A stretch of 64,000 bases of DNA from Felis catus. Taxonomy: Eukaryota. A program made the translations under genes and the position numbers. This document shows positions 1 to 13,614 of the stretch, in pieces. The notes under the pieces were generated by a model that was not told the origin of the DNA, did not search any database, and saw only the letters and a list, made by a program, of their open reading frames with translations. The stretch spans positions 189,040,001-189,104,000 of the forward strand of contig NC_058368.1 in the NCBI RefSeq assembly GCF_018350175.1, given 5' to 3'. Numbering within the stretch: the stretch's first letter is position 1; each line of letters begins with the position of its first letter.

Positions 1-3000
1 CCTCCAAGCAGGTCATATTCACAAGGGTGCAGGCACCATTTTTCACTGTATTTGTGGCGGGAAGCACCCCAGGCTCCCATTCACCAATTACCATGACACC
101 ATTTAGAAGAGAATGCCAGGAGACCAAAAAGAGGGGGAAAAGCCATTGTCATAACTCTTCTCAGGAATACCTGGTTTCACAATTTATACTTAACTGCTGA
201 CACTTGAAAAGTCGAACATTTTGGTAAAATGAATCAAGCTGTAATGTTTCTTTTATGAGATCCCCTTGCAGGAAAGGGAGGTTTGGCACCTTGTGGAGAC
301 CAAGCTTAGTTATCCATCATAGTAGTCAGCTGTCCTAGCCAGCTTCTCAGAGGTCACGCGATCGAACCAACAGCTCTTACAACTATATTATTGCTTACGG
401 AACAGTAATTGAGGCACCAGATAAAAATTACCTGGTCTAATAGGCAGCGAACAATTTTCACTCAATAAAATTATAAGCCAAATCATTCATTTCATAACAC
501 TCTGGCTAATTTATTTGTTGACCTTTTATTATCCATAGCTCTTCAGTGGTATTAACTGCAACTCAGACAAAATCTCTTGTTCATTTCACTTTCATTGATT
601 TTTTTTTTCCATTGAGGCAATAACGGCTGCTTGAAAACAGCCTTTTTCTTTCCACTGTAAAAGTCAATCATGTAAGTTAGTATGTCTTACGTTGGTATAG
701 CTGCCTTAGCTTACAACCCACTTTAATTTCATGTGATTCAGAAGTCTTCTATACCATGTTTGCAACAAAGGCAAAGCTTTCTGCTGTGCCTCTAGCCACA
801 TGGCATGATGATACATAATAATATGTTTGAGAAGGAAGAGTGCTCTCATTTAATCTGAACATAAAATCAACGTTAAAATTAGAGAAGGTTCAGAAATCCC
901 CCCACATTTTCTTTAGACTGGGCTAGAAGGACTTCGATGCCTCTTGTATTAATAGCAGTAGACCCTTTCAGATTATTTAATTCCTTTGTTGTGGAAATTT
1001 CTGCAGATTTTAATTGTGGCTTGAATTTTATTTTTCTTTAAAGAATATGGGCAATGTGCATGTGCTAGAACATTCAGTAAGCTTCAGCTGAAGCTTCTTA
1101 TATAATAAAATACCATGAAGTCTTTAGAATGCAAGGTTGTAAAATATAATTGTTACACATTTGGCATTTTATGCCTCCCTAGAAATAACCACTTGCTACC
1201 TACACCTCATCTATGCTCCTCCTTTCCATTTCAATTTACTCTAAAGTGGTCCTTAGCCATAATGAGAATGCCCCTTTCAACAGAGACATGTTTAATTATA
1301 TCGATGCTAGATGTAAGTGACTCTTCTCAGTCATAGGGCTTCTGAGTAAAGAGTGCTTAAAGTGTGGCACAAAAGGTTTCTAATGCTCTGTGGTAAGCTC
1401 TATTTTGAGTTCATATTACCAGAAAAATGAAAAATTTGAGGAATGTCTCAGAGGATCGGAAACTAAACAGGGCTCAAGTATTATTTTGGTTTGTTTTACT
1501 CCTTCCCTCGCTGCCCTCATTATATGATTTTTTAGAATGCAAAGTCTACCATTGTGGAATTTTCCATTTGGCTGAATAAACACGAAGGAAGTTGGGATCT
1601 AAAACTACCCTCCACAGAAATTACCTCTCAGTACAACTAGTATTTATTGTTTTGTACATCCAGCTCTGCAGGAAATGGGCTGTGAGAAACTTCCAATCAA
1701 TTTTTCAGTTTTCAGGTGTTCCAATCAGCAGTGTCGCCCAGACTTTCAGAAGGAAATGGGGAAAGAGCTAGAACTTAGAGGCTCGTGAGCTGAGTACACT
1801 GTTCAAAATCTGGACCTATTGGTAAACTCTACAGTGAGAAGGCAAATGAAATTAATGCTGATTGTATTGATAGATGTTTATCGCCTCTAAGCTGGGGTGG
1901 GGGAAGCCTCTGCCATTCCACTCCATTTTATGTTGCCGATATTTGGGCCCATTGCATCTTGAATCCCCCGATAAAGCAAAAGAAGATTGGTGATAAATAG
2001 GTGTCAGGGAAATGTGCAGTGACAGAAAGGTATTGTATTTCTTTCTCAGGAATCACCCAAGTTCGGCTTGACTTTGTAGGTTAGCTTCTGTTTTCTTCTA
2101 CATCCTGCAAAACATTTCCCACTTGAGAGAGCATAAAGCCAAGCACAGATTGTCCTCACAATTTTCTGAAGTATCCCGGGCCTTAATTTTCAAAGGGGGT
2201 TCCCAGAATCTCAAAATCTGATTCTAAAATTTGAAATTAATGTTGTGTTGGTAAGTGGATATTCCTCTGGCTTTATGAGCTGAAATATATGCTCTGAGTG
2301 AAGGAGAAAGTTCAGGCCACATCCCCTGCTCATCTGGGTTTGAATTACTCAAAACATTGAATAGGATTTATAAAGGGACACCATATTGGACAATTAGAGA
2401 ACCTTCCACTTCACCCTGGAAGGCTAGATGTAGACAGTGAATATTAGTTTTTACCTACATATCTGAGGGCAGACACTGAAGAGAAGATTCACATGGAAGG
2501 GGAATAATCCTTAGAGATTTTACCTTCATGAACTCAAAAGAAAGATGAATTAGCCATATCTGCATATCCCACATGATGTGCCTGGTTCCTAAGACTGTGC
2601 AAATACCTAAGTATTTCTAAGGGTGTAAGAGAACAGTTAATAAAATGCTGATGTATATCAAGACCAACCTCATGTTGCTAACAGTCTATAACTTGAGATA
2701 ATGTCTGTACCCAACATGATTCATTATATTAATCACAAAATTAAAATGTAAGCACAAGCCAGCATGAGTAAAAGAGCAAATTCATAAAAGAAAAAAAAAG
2801 TGGCATAAAAACCCCCCACAGTGATCAAGACTTGACCTTGGGGAATTTATATATTGGATTAAGAGGTCTGGAGCCAAATAGAACACCAAATTTAAGTCTT
2901 GTGTTTTTATAAACCATGCCAAATGTATGCCCTTGTCATTTCATCATATAAATTAAGCATGTGCTTTTAAACACCAGTAACTATCTTAGAATAAACTTTT

Positions 3001-3264
3001 CAACGAGACTTTCTCAAGGCCTGTGTTTTGCTGAACATTGTGCTAGGGGCTTGGAGAAGATGACTAGATATTCATGGCCTCAAAGGGCCTACAGTCTAGT
3101 TGTGGATAATGAAGACTAACATAGTTAAAATCAGAGCAAAAGGACCCCACAGCATCTACTTCTGTGCTGTGCTGGATGGAATATTCAGCACTATTTTTCA
3201 GAGTTAGAATAAGAGAGATTAGAAGCTGCAGTGAAGGTGGAATCAGTTCTGACAGAACAGTGTA

Positions 3265-3480
3265 AATCTCAAGAGCACAGGCTCTGATGTCTGACACTTG
3301 AGGGTGAATCCCTGCTCAGCCAATGGCAGTTATATGGACTCAGGGAAAGTTGTCTGACCTCTCTGAGTCTCAGTTTCCTCACCTGCCAAATGGTGGTATG
3401 GGCAGTACCCTGAGATGCTCTCTGTGAAGACTGGGTGAGTTAATGTTCCACTTTCAATAAACAACAGTTATTTTTATCAT
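3265..3480 (+). mobile_element. MIR SINE (approximate), flanked by L2-like fragments
   Basis: MIR core ctctctgagtctcagtttcctcacctgccaaatgg. Confidence 0.7.
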
Positions 3481-6400
3481 TACCAAACCACCACCACCTT
3501 CATTACCAGGCTTTGGAGGACGAGAAGGCGTTAAGAATGGGCACAGAATGAAGCCAGCATTCCAGATAAAAGAAAAGCAAAAGGAGTGAAGGTCTGGAGA
3601 TGGGAAAGAGCCAATGTTTTGCTTCTAGGCTAGGGAGGACTAGCTAGACCAGAATAGAGAGCAGTTCTTCAGATGTGCAGGGAGAGGAGGTTGGATATAG
3701 AGGGTAGGACCAGATGATAGGGAGAATCTCTTGTAACCCCCATAGAACCCTGTACCTTAATTCTGGGAAGATAATGTGCCTTGAAAAGTGCTGGAGAGTA
3801 GTATCAGTTTGTTGACTACTGGAGCAACAAGAGGCTCAAAAACTATTTGCTAATTGAGGGGGTTGCAACATAGGAAATAAAGATGAATCTTCCTTCTGTC
3901 TTTGCAGCCCATTCAGCATCTTTATTATAAAGGCTGCAAAACATAAGTAAAAACCCATAACAATTAGGCTTGAACTATTTCTCAGAGTTGAGTCTCCCCA
4001 GTGTTTCTGTAGACCCTAAATAGCTTATCCCTTTTTTTCTTTGCAGACCCCACTCACGTTATCATCAGCCAATGGTCATAATAGGACAGGGGAAGCCAGG
4101 TTTTAACTGTGAGGGAAAATAGATCAGTGAAAATTGTTCATTTTAAGGAGTAAACATTTTTTGTTTCTTTAAGAGAGAAGAGATCAAGGCCATGAAAAGA
4201 AAAATAGTCTGAATCAGGATGTAGATTGGAGAACAAGCATTAGCTCTATAAGGAGACTCTGGGGCTTTTCAATATTTAGGATACTAGTATTTATCTTCTT
4301 TATTCCCCAATGGGATATGTTTTTAAATCTAAGGATAGGATTAATTATCTTAGAAGAATCTAATCTCTACCTTCATGTTTTAAACTGCAAGCAGGGAGAT
4401 GTTTTAAACATTATGAAAAGAAGAGAAAATCTCTCCTGACAAATAAATGCCTTGAAAAATTAGATATTAGTACTAGTCAAGTGTTCTTTCTTTTCAGAAA
4501 TATTAAAATTGCATATTAGAATGGAAGGAGCCTTATACTATACTTCCTCCTAATGCCACAAAAAATAAGACTTTAGGAACAATTTCCGAGACAAAAGATT
4601 ATATGAAACATCCAGTTCTTCCCCTTATGGGAAATTTCTTTTTTTTTTTTTTCTTTAACATCCCAGGCTCAATCATTTCCTAATGTGAAATTACAGATTT
4701 TTCAAATTACCATATAAAACTGCGAAAAAATTACACTTGTGACCACAGAAGAGATAGCATACACTATCAATTTGATTTTAAAAGGCATACATCTTTTATA
4801 CTACCTGTCATTTTTATAATGCCTTTTACAAATTTAATCAATACATTTTAACATTCTATATACTTTAAGTGCAATATACAATAAATATTCAAGTTTCATC
4901 TTAAACATGCTTTAGCCTTTAAATTGTTAAAACTGCAGTGCCCTTTCAATCTACTTACATAATGTCATAAAATATACATTTCAAGGTAAATGAAGTCAGC
5001 TACTTCAATTTAGTCCCTCAAACTGGTAGTAAATGAGAGGTTAACACTATGGTGCCAAACCCATTATTGAGTAAATTTAGCACCTTGGACAGCTCTGTAA
5101 AATCTTTATTGCTTTCCTGACCTGCTCGTCATGTTCTGTCTGTGTGTTCAGTGGCTCTCAGCTCTGATTGAAAGGCAATATATTAGATCCCCAACACAAA
5201 CACGCTTGGGGGCTAGTTCACTGGGAGCGTAATGACATGGAGGTGAGAGCAATTTTCTGGTCACCAAAATCCAAGCACCTTGCAGGTCCATTGCACTAAC
5301 TCATAGAGGACCCAGAAATTTCCTTTCTCCTTCCCATTTGCAGAAATAACTAATAGAAGCTGAATCACAATGGCAGAGCTGAACCAAATGTGGGCTCTCC
5401 CTTAAATCCCAAAGTCCATACTGCAGTGAAGGACATTTTAAAATGGGCAAGGTACCATTTAAGGAAATCACTTTCAGGGCAAGAAATCCAGGTTCGCTGT
5501 CTACAAGACTGCTGGTCTGAAGTGCTGCAGGGCTGATGACCCACCTATGGCAGTGTGCCTACTGGGAAAGCATAACCCAGCTCCGTGGATAAAAGAAGGA
5601 TGTAACTTCATAAAGCAAGATTCACATGTTTCATTTTCAGAGGATTAAATGGTGATGAGAGCTCTGGGTATTGAATAAGCAGAAAAAGAAACAATTGGAT
5701 TATGTCACTGAAAAACCTTTATAGTCAAAAATATATGAGAGTAAACTGTATAGCATACACAAGTAGCTGAAATTTTTTCAGGTTTATAAAAACTTCAAAG
5801 ATCTTGGAGTTTATTTTGAACTTCCCTCCTCCCTGGTTCTGTGTAATTAATTAAAATAAGCACTGGTCTGAGTCCTCAATGATAGTGTTCCAAGATTGAA
5901 ATTCACAAGTGCAGTTTCCAACTGTACCTCATCTTGTTTTTTCCCTAAAATGAAAAGAAAGAAAAATACCTTCTCTGCCAAATCCAAACACTGGCATAAA
6001 TATTTATTTGAAGAAATAAATGAACATAGACCCAGAGAAGTCAAATCTTAGTAAATAAACTAACTTGATCCTGTTTTGTTTTAATCTTTCCTAAGCGCCA
6101 TGAGGTTTTAGTGAAAGCAGCACGGGCCGAATTTGATATGGGGATAGGGTTTAGTGTGCCCATACTGTAGTAAATTATTAACTGGTGTGGTCAGACAATA
6201 CGGCAAACAAAAAGTGGTAAGTTATCTTGTAGCTTGCATTAAGGAAAAAAAATAAGTTATTTCGGATGTATTGATTCAAACCTCATTGATTATATAATGC
6301 TTTTCATTCCTTACATAAAAAATAACTGAACTGTTTTACAAACGGGGTCTAGCAGCTTAAGGCTCAATAAATGTTTATTGAGAAGTGAAAACCCCTCTAT

Positions 6401-7704
6401 CTCATTTTTGAATTTAGGACATTATATATGTCATAAGTAGTTACTGCAGTGTGACAACTATTTTATCTTATATTACAGAAAATTTAAAATTGAAAAATGT
6501 TAATATGTATCTAAAAGCTTGTCATTTCAAGAGTTGTTCAAGGATTTTTGAAGAGGCTATGGTGACAGCAAAATGAATGTAATTATATCCCTATTTTCTG
6601 ATCAGCATCTACAGTATACGAAAATCGAATAGCACGGCTTCTCCATGAAGAAATCTATTGTGTGAAATATTTAAAGTTTAACTTCATGAAACTTTACCCA
6701 CAGGGAAAAAAAAAGTAAACATATCTTCTTGCAAATCACCTCTGATAATCATGCCTGTATGATTAGCCTCCATTTTACAAGCCTAACTTTCCTCTTCATA
6801 CTCCAGCTTAAATGAATATGAAGAAAATTAGGTCAGAATGAAGACAGAGTGACTTCTTTTGGTTGAATGAAAAAAATTACCACCACACACACTTTTGTAG
6901 AGTGTGCTATTAGAAACAAGCATACAAGCTAAATACAGAAGCCTACCTAAATGAAAAGAGGGAAACATTTTTCTTCAACTAGAATGAAAAGCAGAGCATA
7001 TATCTAGGATGAGAATGAATGCGCAAATGGGGAAAATGACAAACAATACTGAAATAGCAAAGAATTGCTGTAAAAGAAACAGACTGTGCCAGTCATGAAA
7101 ATTGGTGCAGAGGGAGCTTCCGGGGGCAGGAGAATCCTTCTGTAAGAGCCTCTGACAAACAGTGCATTGCCCCAGAATGTGAGTTTACTCCATCACTCCC
7201 TTATGTCATGGCTCTACCACACAAGGGAGATAAACAAAAGAAGTTTAATGCTACATGCTTCTAGTAGCCAAAGATTGATTGGAAATCCCTCGAAAATGAC
7301 CTGTCTGATAAGGTCATGGTTCCTGGAATAAGCAATTAAGTACTAAATAAACACATCTTAGGGATTCATAACATGCACTGAATGACATCGATTGTAGTAA
7401 TCTAGTAAATGACCTCGCAATTGTATTCAGCAATAAACATATGAGTGCTTTATCGTGCCTATGGCAGACTATTGAGTGATGTATTTTATCCTGCAGTACC
7501 AATGATGCTCACCTTTTGACTCAATTAAGTGTGTATGTGAACAGGGATAAATTGGTGATTTAACAGCATTCTGGGGTTTCCCAAGCTACTGCCTTTAAAA
7601 CAGTGTGTTGACAAAGTATGGCCAGAGGGGACTATGACGTGGTCCTGTGAAGAGATGAGGACAAGTGGCCTTCACTCAGACGACTGTATCCGCTTTTCTC
7701 TTGA

Positions 7705-7806
<102 letters not shown>

Positions 7807-8303
7807 TGAAAAAGGGCGAAAAACACAAAACCACTTGCATGAGTTCCGTGTCATCCAGACATGAGACATAAGGCTATTCCGTTCTTTCTTATTTTGTAAA
7901 TCTCTTATTACCTTTTCAATGGAATCATTTCCTTACGAGAATAGGTACTCCATTTAAAACAAATTTTCCTTGGGAATGTACTTCATAATTGAGGAAGAGA
8001 GTTACCAGTGTTTTATTTTATTCCTCTCAGGTTTTCAAGCAGATTTAGGAGGAAAAGGGGGTTTAATTTCCTCTCCTAAAAAGAATGATAAGGCCTGACT
8101 ATAATTGTCTGCTTCTATTCACAGAGCAGCTCCATGTATATGAGTCAAATTGCTCTAGAAACTAGGCGTCTGGGCAATCATTCACTCTTTTTTTGTGTGT
8201 GACTTGAATCAGTGTCCAGGAGACACAGTTCCACTAATACTCAGGGACACAGATAGTTATCTACAGCCTTCCCTTAGCTCTAGTACGGGAGAGGAGTTGT
8301 AGT

Positions 8304-8306
<3 letters not shown>

Positions 8307-8345
<39 letters not shown>
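8307..8345. repeat. (TG)n microsatellite
   Basis: Read directly from the sequence. Confidence 0.95.
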
Positions 8346-8349
<4 letters not shown>

Positions 8350-8489
8350 ACCACCAGAGTTCCTGTGTGTTATTGGCTGCTGGGTGGGGGTCGGGGGGAC
8401 ACCATGATGCTGTCACATGCGGGGTGGTAATATGGAAGGGTAGTAATATGGGGCTAAGACAATGGCCTTTCAAAGTCAGTCAAACAAGG

Positions 8490-8690
8490 TTATGCAGCCC
8501 AGCTCTATCCCTAATAGGTTAGTGTCCTTATGTGAGCTCTTGGCCTCTCTCTGAGCCTCAGTCCCCCATTTGCGACATGGGCCCATTATGATGAGACTTC
8601 TTCCCAGGTTTGCTGAGAGGTTGCAGAAGGTAATGCAGTTAGAGCACTGGAAGCCCTGAGCACCAGGCCTGTCGTATAGTAAACACTGGG
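8490..8690 (+). mobile_element. MIR SINE (approximate)
   Basis: ctctctgagcctcagtcccccatttgcgacatggg core and a gcctgtcgtatagtaaacact tail. Confidence 0.65.
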
Positions 8691-8754
8691 AAAAAATGGT
8701 TTTCCTGGGAGTATGACTAAGGGTAGCTAAATGGAGTATTGTTTTACTTTGCAG

Positions 8755-8932
8755 GAAATTATTCTGAAGAGAGCCGCTGACATCGCAGAGGCTCTGTACA
8801 GTGTCCCCCGCAACCACAGCCAGCTCCCGGCCCTCACCAACACCTCGGTCCACGCAGGAATGATGGGCGTGAATTCCTTCAGTGGACAACTGGCTGTGAA
8901 TGTCTCGGAGGCGTCACAGGCCACCAATCAGG
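8755..8932 (+). CDS. EBF1: EBF1 coding exon (178 nt): [59 protein letters not shown](G)
   Basis: Acceptor ttttactttgcag|GAA and donor CAGG|gtcagg. Lies within ORF 8731-9042. Encodes the second helix copy and the start of the C-terminal domain, in frame with both neighbours. Confidence 0.96.
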
Positions 8933-9573
8933 GTCAGGAGCCTGTTCCTCTCCCTTCCCATTTCCTTGCCCCTTCCCAACCTCGGAGTGCTCCCCACCCC
9001 CCACCCCTACCACTTATTTGGCATAAAACAATTTTTATTTAAAAACATCTTTTTCCGAAAGGGGAGATTCCTAGTTTCTGTGTATCAGATATTACTGTAG
9101 AATTTGGGTTATAGCGCTCGCAGCTGGCAGTCTGGTTCGGGGGCTAGAAAGGAGGCATGCATTTAGCCATCTCTCCATTTGACTTTTCACCATAAACCAT
9201 GAATGACAGATCGCAAAGAGGGTTGGAATTAAAGTTCTGAGGGGCCAAAGCACATCATCCTCGCCCAGGGAATAGGAACCTGTTAACTCCAGGGTACATC
9301 TCTTAGATTGGGATTTATTTCTGCTCCAAAATGATAATTTATAGGCCCTGCATTGCCACTTCTCACGGCCCTGCTAAGTATTTATGATCTCCTAAGAAAT
9401 GTGTGTTTTGCTCGCTTCCCATTTTAATCACAGAGCTAGCACTACCAACCCACACACATGAATCACCCAAGCCCTTCCCTCTGGGATGCGGCAGCGGGGC
9501 AAGAAACAGAGCCCTCCTTTCCCGAGGCTCCCAGGATTGCCACCCTCATCCCGGTTTCGCCCCCACCCCTCAG

Positions 9574-9753
9574 GTTTCACCCGCAACTCAAGCAGCGTGT
9601 CACCACACGGGTACGTGCCGAGCACCACCCCCCAGCAGACCAACTATAACTCCGTCACCACGAGCATGAACGGGTACGGCACTGCCGCCATGTCCAACCT
9701 GGGCGGCTCTCCGACCTTCCTCAACGGCTCAGCTGCCAACTCGCCCTACGCCA
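9574..9753 (+). CDS. EBF1: EBF1 coding exon (180 nt): (G)[59 protein letters not shown](I)
   Basis: Acceptor cccctcag|GTTTC and donor GCCA|gtaagt; phase 1-1. Lies within ORF 9486-9761 and matches the EBF1 Ser/Thr/Pro-rich region. Confidence 0.96.
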
Positions 9754-10019
9754 GTAAGTAGACTTGTGTGTCCTGCGCTTCTGCGCGTGTTGCTCGGTTA
9801 ACTGGGCGTCACGCTGTGTGGCCCACTGTGTAGGTCTCCTCAGTCTGAGGACCCCCACCACTCAAGGGGGCCCCAGGCGATGCTGTGAAAGGCGCCGTTG
9901 TCTCTGCCCTCCCTTGCTCACCTTCCTCATCCCAAAGTCTCCCTCTTGGCCAGAACTGTGCTGCAACCGGAAGCAGTGGTGTGATGTCATCGCCAGGACC
10001 CAAGCTTCAAGTCCCGTTG

Positions 10020-10220
10020 CAGAGGGGTCTGACTCCTGCTTCTACCAGTCACTGACCGGTGGCCAGGGGCAAGTTCTCTCCTCTCTAAGCCTCAGTTTTC
10101 GCATCTGCAAAGTGGGGAAGGAACTAACACCCATCCCGTACAGTTGTTGTGAGATAAAATCGTGCATGTGATGAGCTTGTCCTGATGCCTGGCCCACAAG
10201 AGGCACGTTCAGTAAACCTG
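10020..10220 (+). mobile_element. MIR SINE (approximate)
   Basis: ggcaagttctctcctctctaagcctcagttttcgcatctgcaaagtgggg...gttgttgtgagataaaat. Confidence 0.75.
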
Positions 10221-13019
10221 AAGAATCATGATGATGGAATCATAATAATAAGTTATGCTGCTACTGCAGCATAGTCCCAATAGTGTAAAACTTAAAATCT
10301 CTCCCTTTAGGAATATGACTCCTTTTTTTTTTTTTTTTAAATGCTTGGAATTTTTCTCCTCTGTGCTTGATGTGTACTAAAAACAAATAACAACAACAGA
10401 CCAAAAAAAAAAAACAAAAACAAAAACAAAAACAAAACACTTTATTTTTTCCAATAATTTGGCAAGATGAAAAAAAAACACACACATGTACAAGAATTAT
10501 TTTTTGGTGCCATGTCCTTCCTTGTCTTAAAGAAGTTGAGCTTAAAGAATGTTTTGGTGCAACATTTAGATTGTATCTAAAGAACCTCAGGGAACTGGCA
10601 TCTTTACTTATAAAATGTCCTGGGCTGTGTTTCTACAGTCTCTTTATCTGCCTCTGATGATTTTTACATAGATAACCAAGTTTATCTTGGACAGTGTGGG
10701 TAACTCTTCTGTTTTGTAAAATGAGGCCAAACTCTTAGACATTTGTGGAATGATAGAAGATGTGTTGTTAAATGAAAGAATATTCATTATTTTTTAAAAA
10801 CGAGTCTTGGCTAAAAAAAACCACAAAAAACCTAAAAACCACGCTGTCTCTAATATTGGAAATGTGGAGCGTTCTAATCCTTTGAAAGAAGAAAGATCAT
10901 TCTTGGCTTTTGAGAGTGGTTATTTCTGAGAGTAATACTTAGAGCCTTTTACTTTCTGGGTGAATTTTTATGCTCTGTGTGTGCTAAATTTTATATTTCC
11001 ACTTTATCTGTTTGGAATCAGCAGGTTTTTGAACATTTATAATTTCCCCAAATAATCTGCATACATTATGCCTGCCTACTCAAGAGTCCGTGTTTGGGAC
11101 CAGTTTCACATTGGATTTTGATTCATCGAAAGGTTGTTTCTCATAGATCTATCATTTCGGTGTTCTCCCATCTACTCAATCAGAAAATGTTTCAATCATG
11201 ACCTGAAAATTAAAAGGTGGCATTCTTAATTAAATCAATAAACTAATTGCTATATGGTAGCAATTCAATTTAGGGGCTTGGATTGCTGTCTTCCCAAGCC
11301 GGTGCAGACGCGCAGCAACTTCAGCCCGAGATTGCATCTGTCGGACTGTGAAACTTCCAACATTTAATTTCCATTAATTGATTTCCTCAGTGCTCACAAA
11401 TATAGTATTAAATTCTCAAATAGGCTCTCAGATGGGATGGTTTTATCTGCATAAATGCAAATAAAACAATAAACACAAAGCCCAGCTGATTTGAATTTTT
11501 GCTTCCATAATATTTAATTATTCATAAACCACTCATGTTGAAAAATTCCAAACAGAATAAAAAATAAAATAAGACATTCCACTGGTGAACACACTTTCTG
11601 GTGTGGTGGCTGATAACTAATAACGTTATAACAAATGGAGCTGCTTGACTATATTTCACCCTTTCCTCTGTTAACCACCCCCCTCAAACTCCCCACCTCT
11701 AAATACACATAATGATCGCATTTGCCAACGAGATTAATTGCCTTCCTCAGTGAACCAGCAGGATTTCAAGTCTACGAATATTTAAAAATCAAACCTCCAG
11801 TGCAGGAGTTTTGCAATTTAAATGGGTGTTATTATTGAGCGTATTTTCACATTTACAAATCCTAAGAGATGTATAAAAATGCTGGCCTCATTAAAAGAAA
11901 AAGTACAGTTTAGAAAATGTTTGTGAAAACTCTGAGGATGGCGGCTCTGTGTTCTGCTCCGTAAAGCATTCGGTGCCTTTGGATTGTGTAGTGCCGAGGG
12001 TTGATTACAAGGGGTCATTTCCCCCTGATGGCAGTTGCTGCCTATTTCCCATTTGATTCCCGCTTCCCTAACTTTCCACAGCCAACAGGCCAAGGGAAGG
12101 CCAGCCACCTACACAGCATTTTAGACTCTCTGGGGGGCTCATGGGAAGGAGACCTTTTCCCCTGGTTATCTGTTTCCTTTGCAGGGTGGTGTAGTAGAAA
12201 GGACACTGAATTTGGTTTTGGTTCCTGGCTTCCCTGCATTCTAGCTATGGCCCTTGGGCATGTCACTAAACTATTTTCTGAGACTCAGCTTGGTCGGCTT
12301 GCTCAGGTATAAAAAGGATGTAATAGGCCCCAATTTAAGATTGCTTTGGCAGTGACATAAGATGAAAAAGACATGAAGATTCTTGTGAATGATAAAGCAG
12401 TATGTAATGTTGATTACATAACGTGAAAAATAACACAGTAGAAGGAAGTACTTAGAATTTCAATGAAATGCCTGAAAATCACTGGGCAGGATTCATACTT
12501 GTCCCCAGGAGATGGAGGAAATAGAAGGTGAGTGTATGAAAATACTGGTCTTGAGTGGAGAGGACTCACTCTGTACCAAATCTGTCTCCTGAAGTAACCA
12601 TGAGACTATTAGCAGCTAGCGAGATATGGATGGCCAGGCTGAAAGGACCGTGTTGGTAGAGAATGTGCATCTACCAAACTCATGTCTCCAAGCAACTAGG
12701 CTTTCTCCCTCTCTGAATTGCCAAAATTCTCCCATCATCGATAATCCACATTCCCACTACTACTAGACTGTGAGTATTTGCATAAAGCTCCTATCCTACT
12801 GCCTATTAATTCACAAGCATTCATGTACAGCTCCATGGGGGATAGAAAGAATTTGGAACTTTGACTTGTAGTTTTGCATTATCCACAAATGTTGCTTGTG
12901 GCAGTCTGTTTGTCCACATGGCCTTCCACCTACCCTTCTTCCTCACATCTCTCATTCCATTAGTGACCACGCTGTCTCAGGCTGGCCTCCTCCTGCCTCT
13001 TATATTCCCAGCCACTTTG

Positions 13020-13240
13020 CTAGAACCTTAGTTGAGGCCCACCTGGAATGCTTCCCTTGACTCCTCTTCCATGAAGCTTTCTTTGGTTCTCTTCCCTGCC
13101 TCTGCAGAATTGGCAGGCTCACCTTTGTCATTATTTTGTGCTACTCTATCCCTAATGAGAGCACTTTTGTTTCCTGGCCTGGGATGCCCCAGTGCGTAGC
13201 ACACTGCTCGGCACATAGTAGGCCCACAATAAATACATAA
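13020..13240 (+). mobile_element. L2 LINE 3' end fragment (approximate)
   Basis: ccccagtgcgtagcacactgctcggcacatagtaggcccacaataaata resembles the L2 3' terminus. Confidence 0.6.
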
Positions 13241-13419
13241 AAGACCACCAGCAATGAAAGGTAGCACGTGCCAAGTACTAAGTGATGAAATCAGACAAGA
13301 TCCCAAGAGTTCGGGAAGGGTCATGCTGGAAGGGTGGCCTGAGCAGGGTGGCTGGGTGAAGGGCCTCATCTCAAGATGCCAGCAGAGGCTGATTTCTCCT
13401 TTCCCATTGCCCCACTCAG

Positions 13420-13614
13420 TCGTGCCATCCAGCCCCACCATGGCCTCCTCTACAAGCCTCCCCTCCAACTGCAGCAGCTCCTCGGGCATCTTCTCCTTCT
13501 CACCAGCCAACATGGTCTCAGCCGTGAAACAGAAGAGTGCTTTTGCACCAGTCGTCAGACCCCAGACCTCCCCGCCTCCCACCTGCACCAGCACCAACGG
13601 GAACAGCCTGCAAG
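13420..13614 (+). CDS. EBF1: EBF1 penultimate coding exon (195 nt): (I)[64 protein letters not shown]
   Basis: Acceptor ccccactcag|TCGTG and donor CAAG|gtaagc; phase 1-1. Contains the EBF-family [13 protein letters not shown] motif. Lies within ORF 13254-13796. Confidence 0.96.

Noticed and set aside
13028..13597. 189-aa antisense ORF, and other antisense ORFs over the exons (8476-8889, 9428-9643)
   Set aside because: These are shadows of GC-rich coding exons plus adjacent repeats, with no recognisable protein features.
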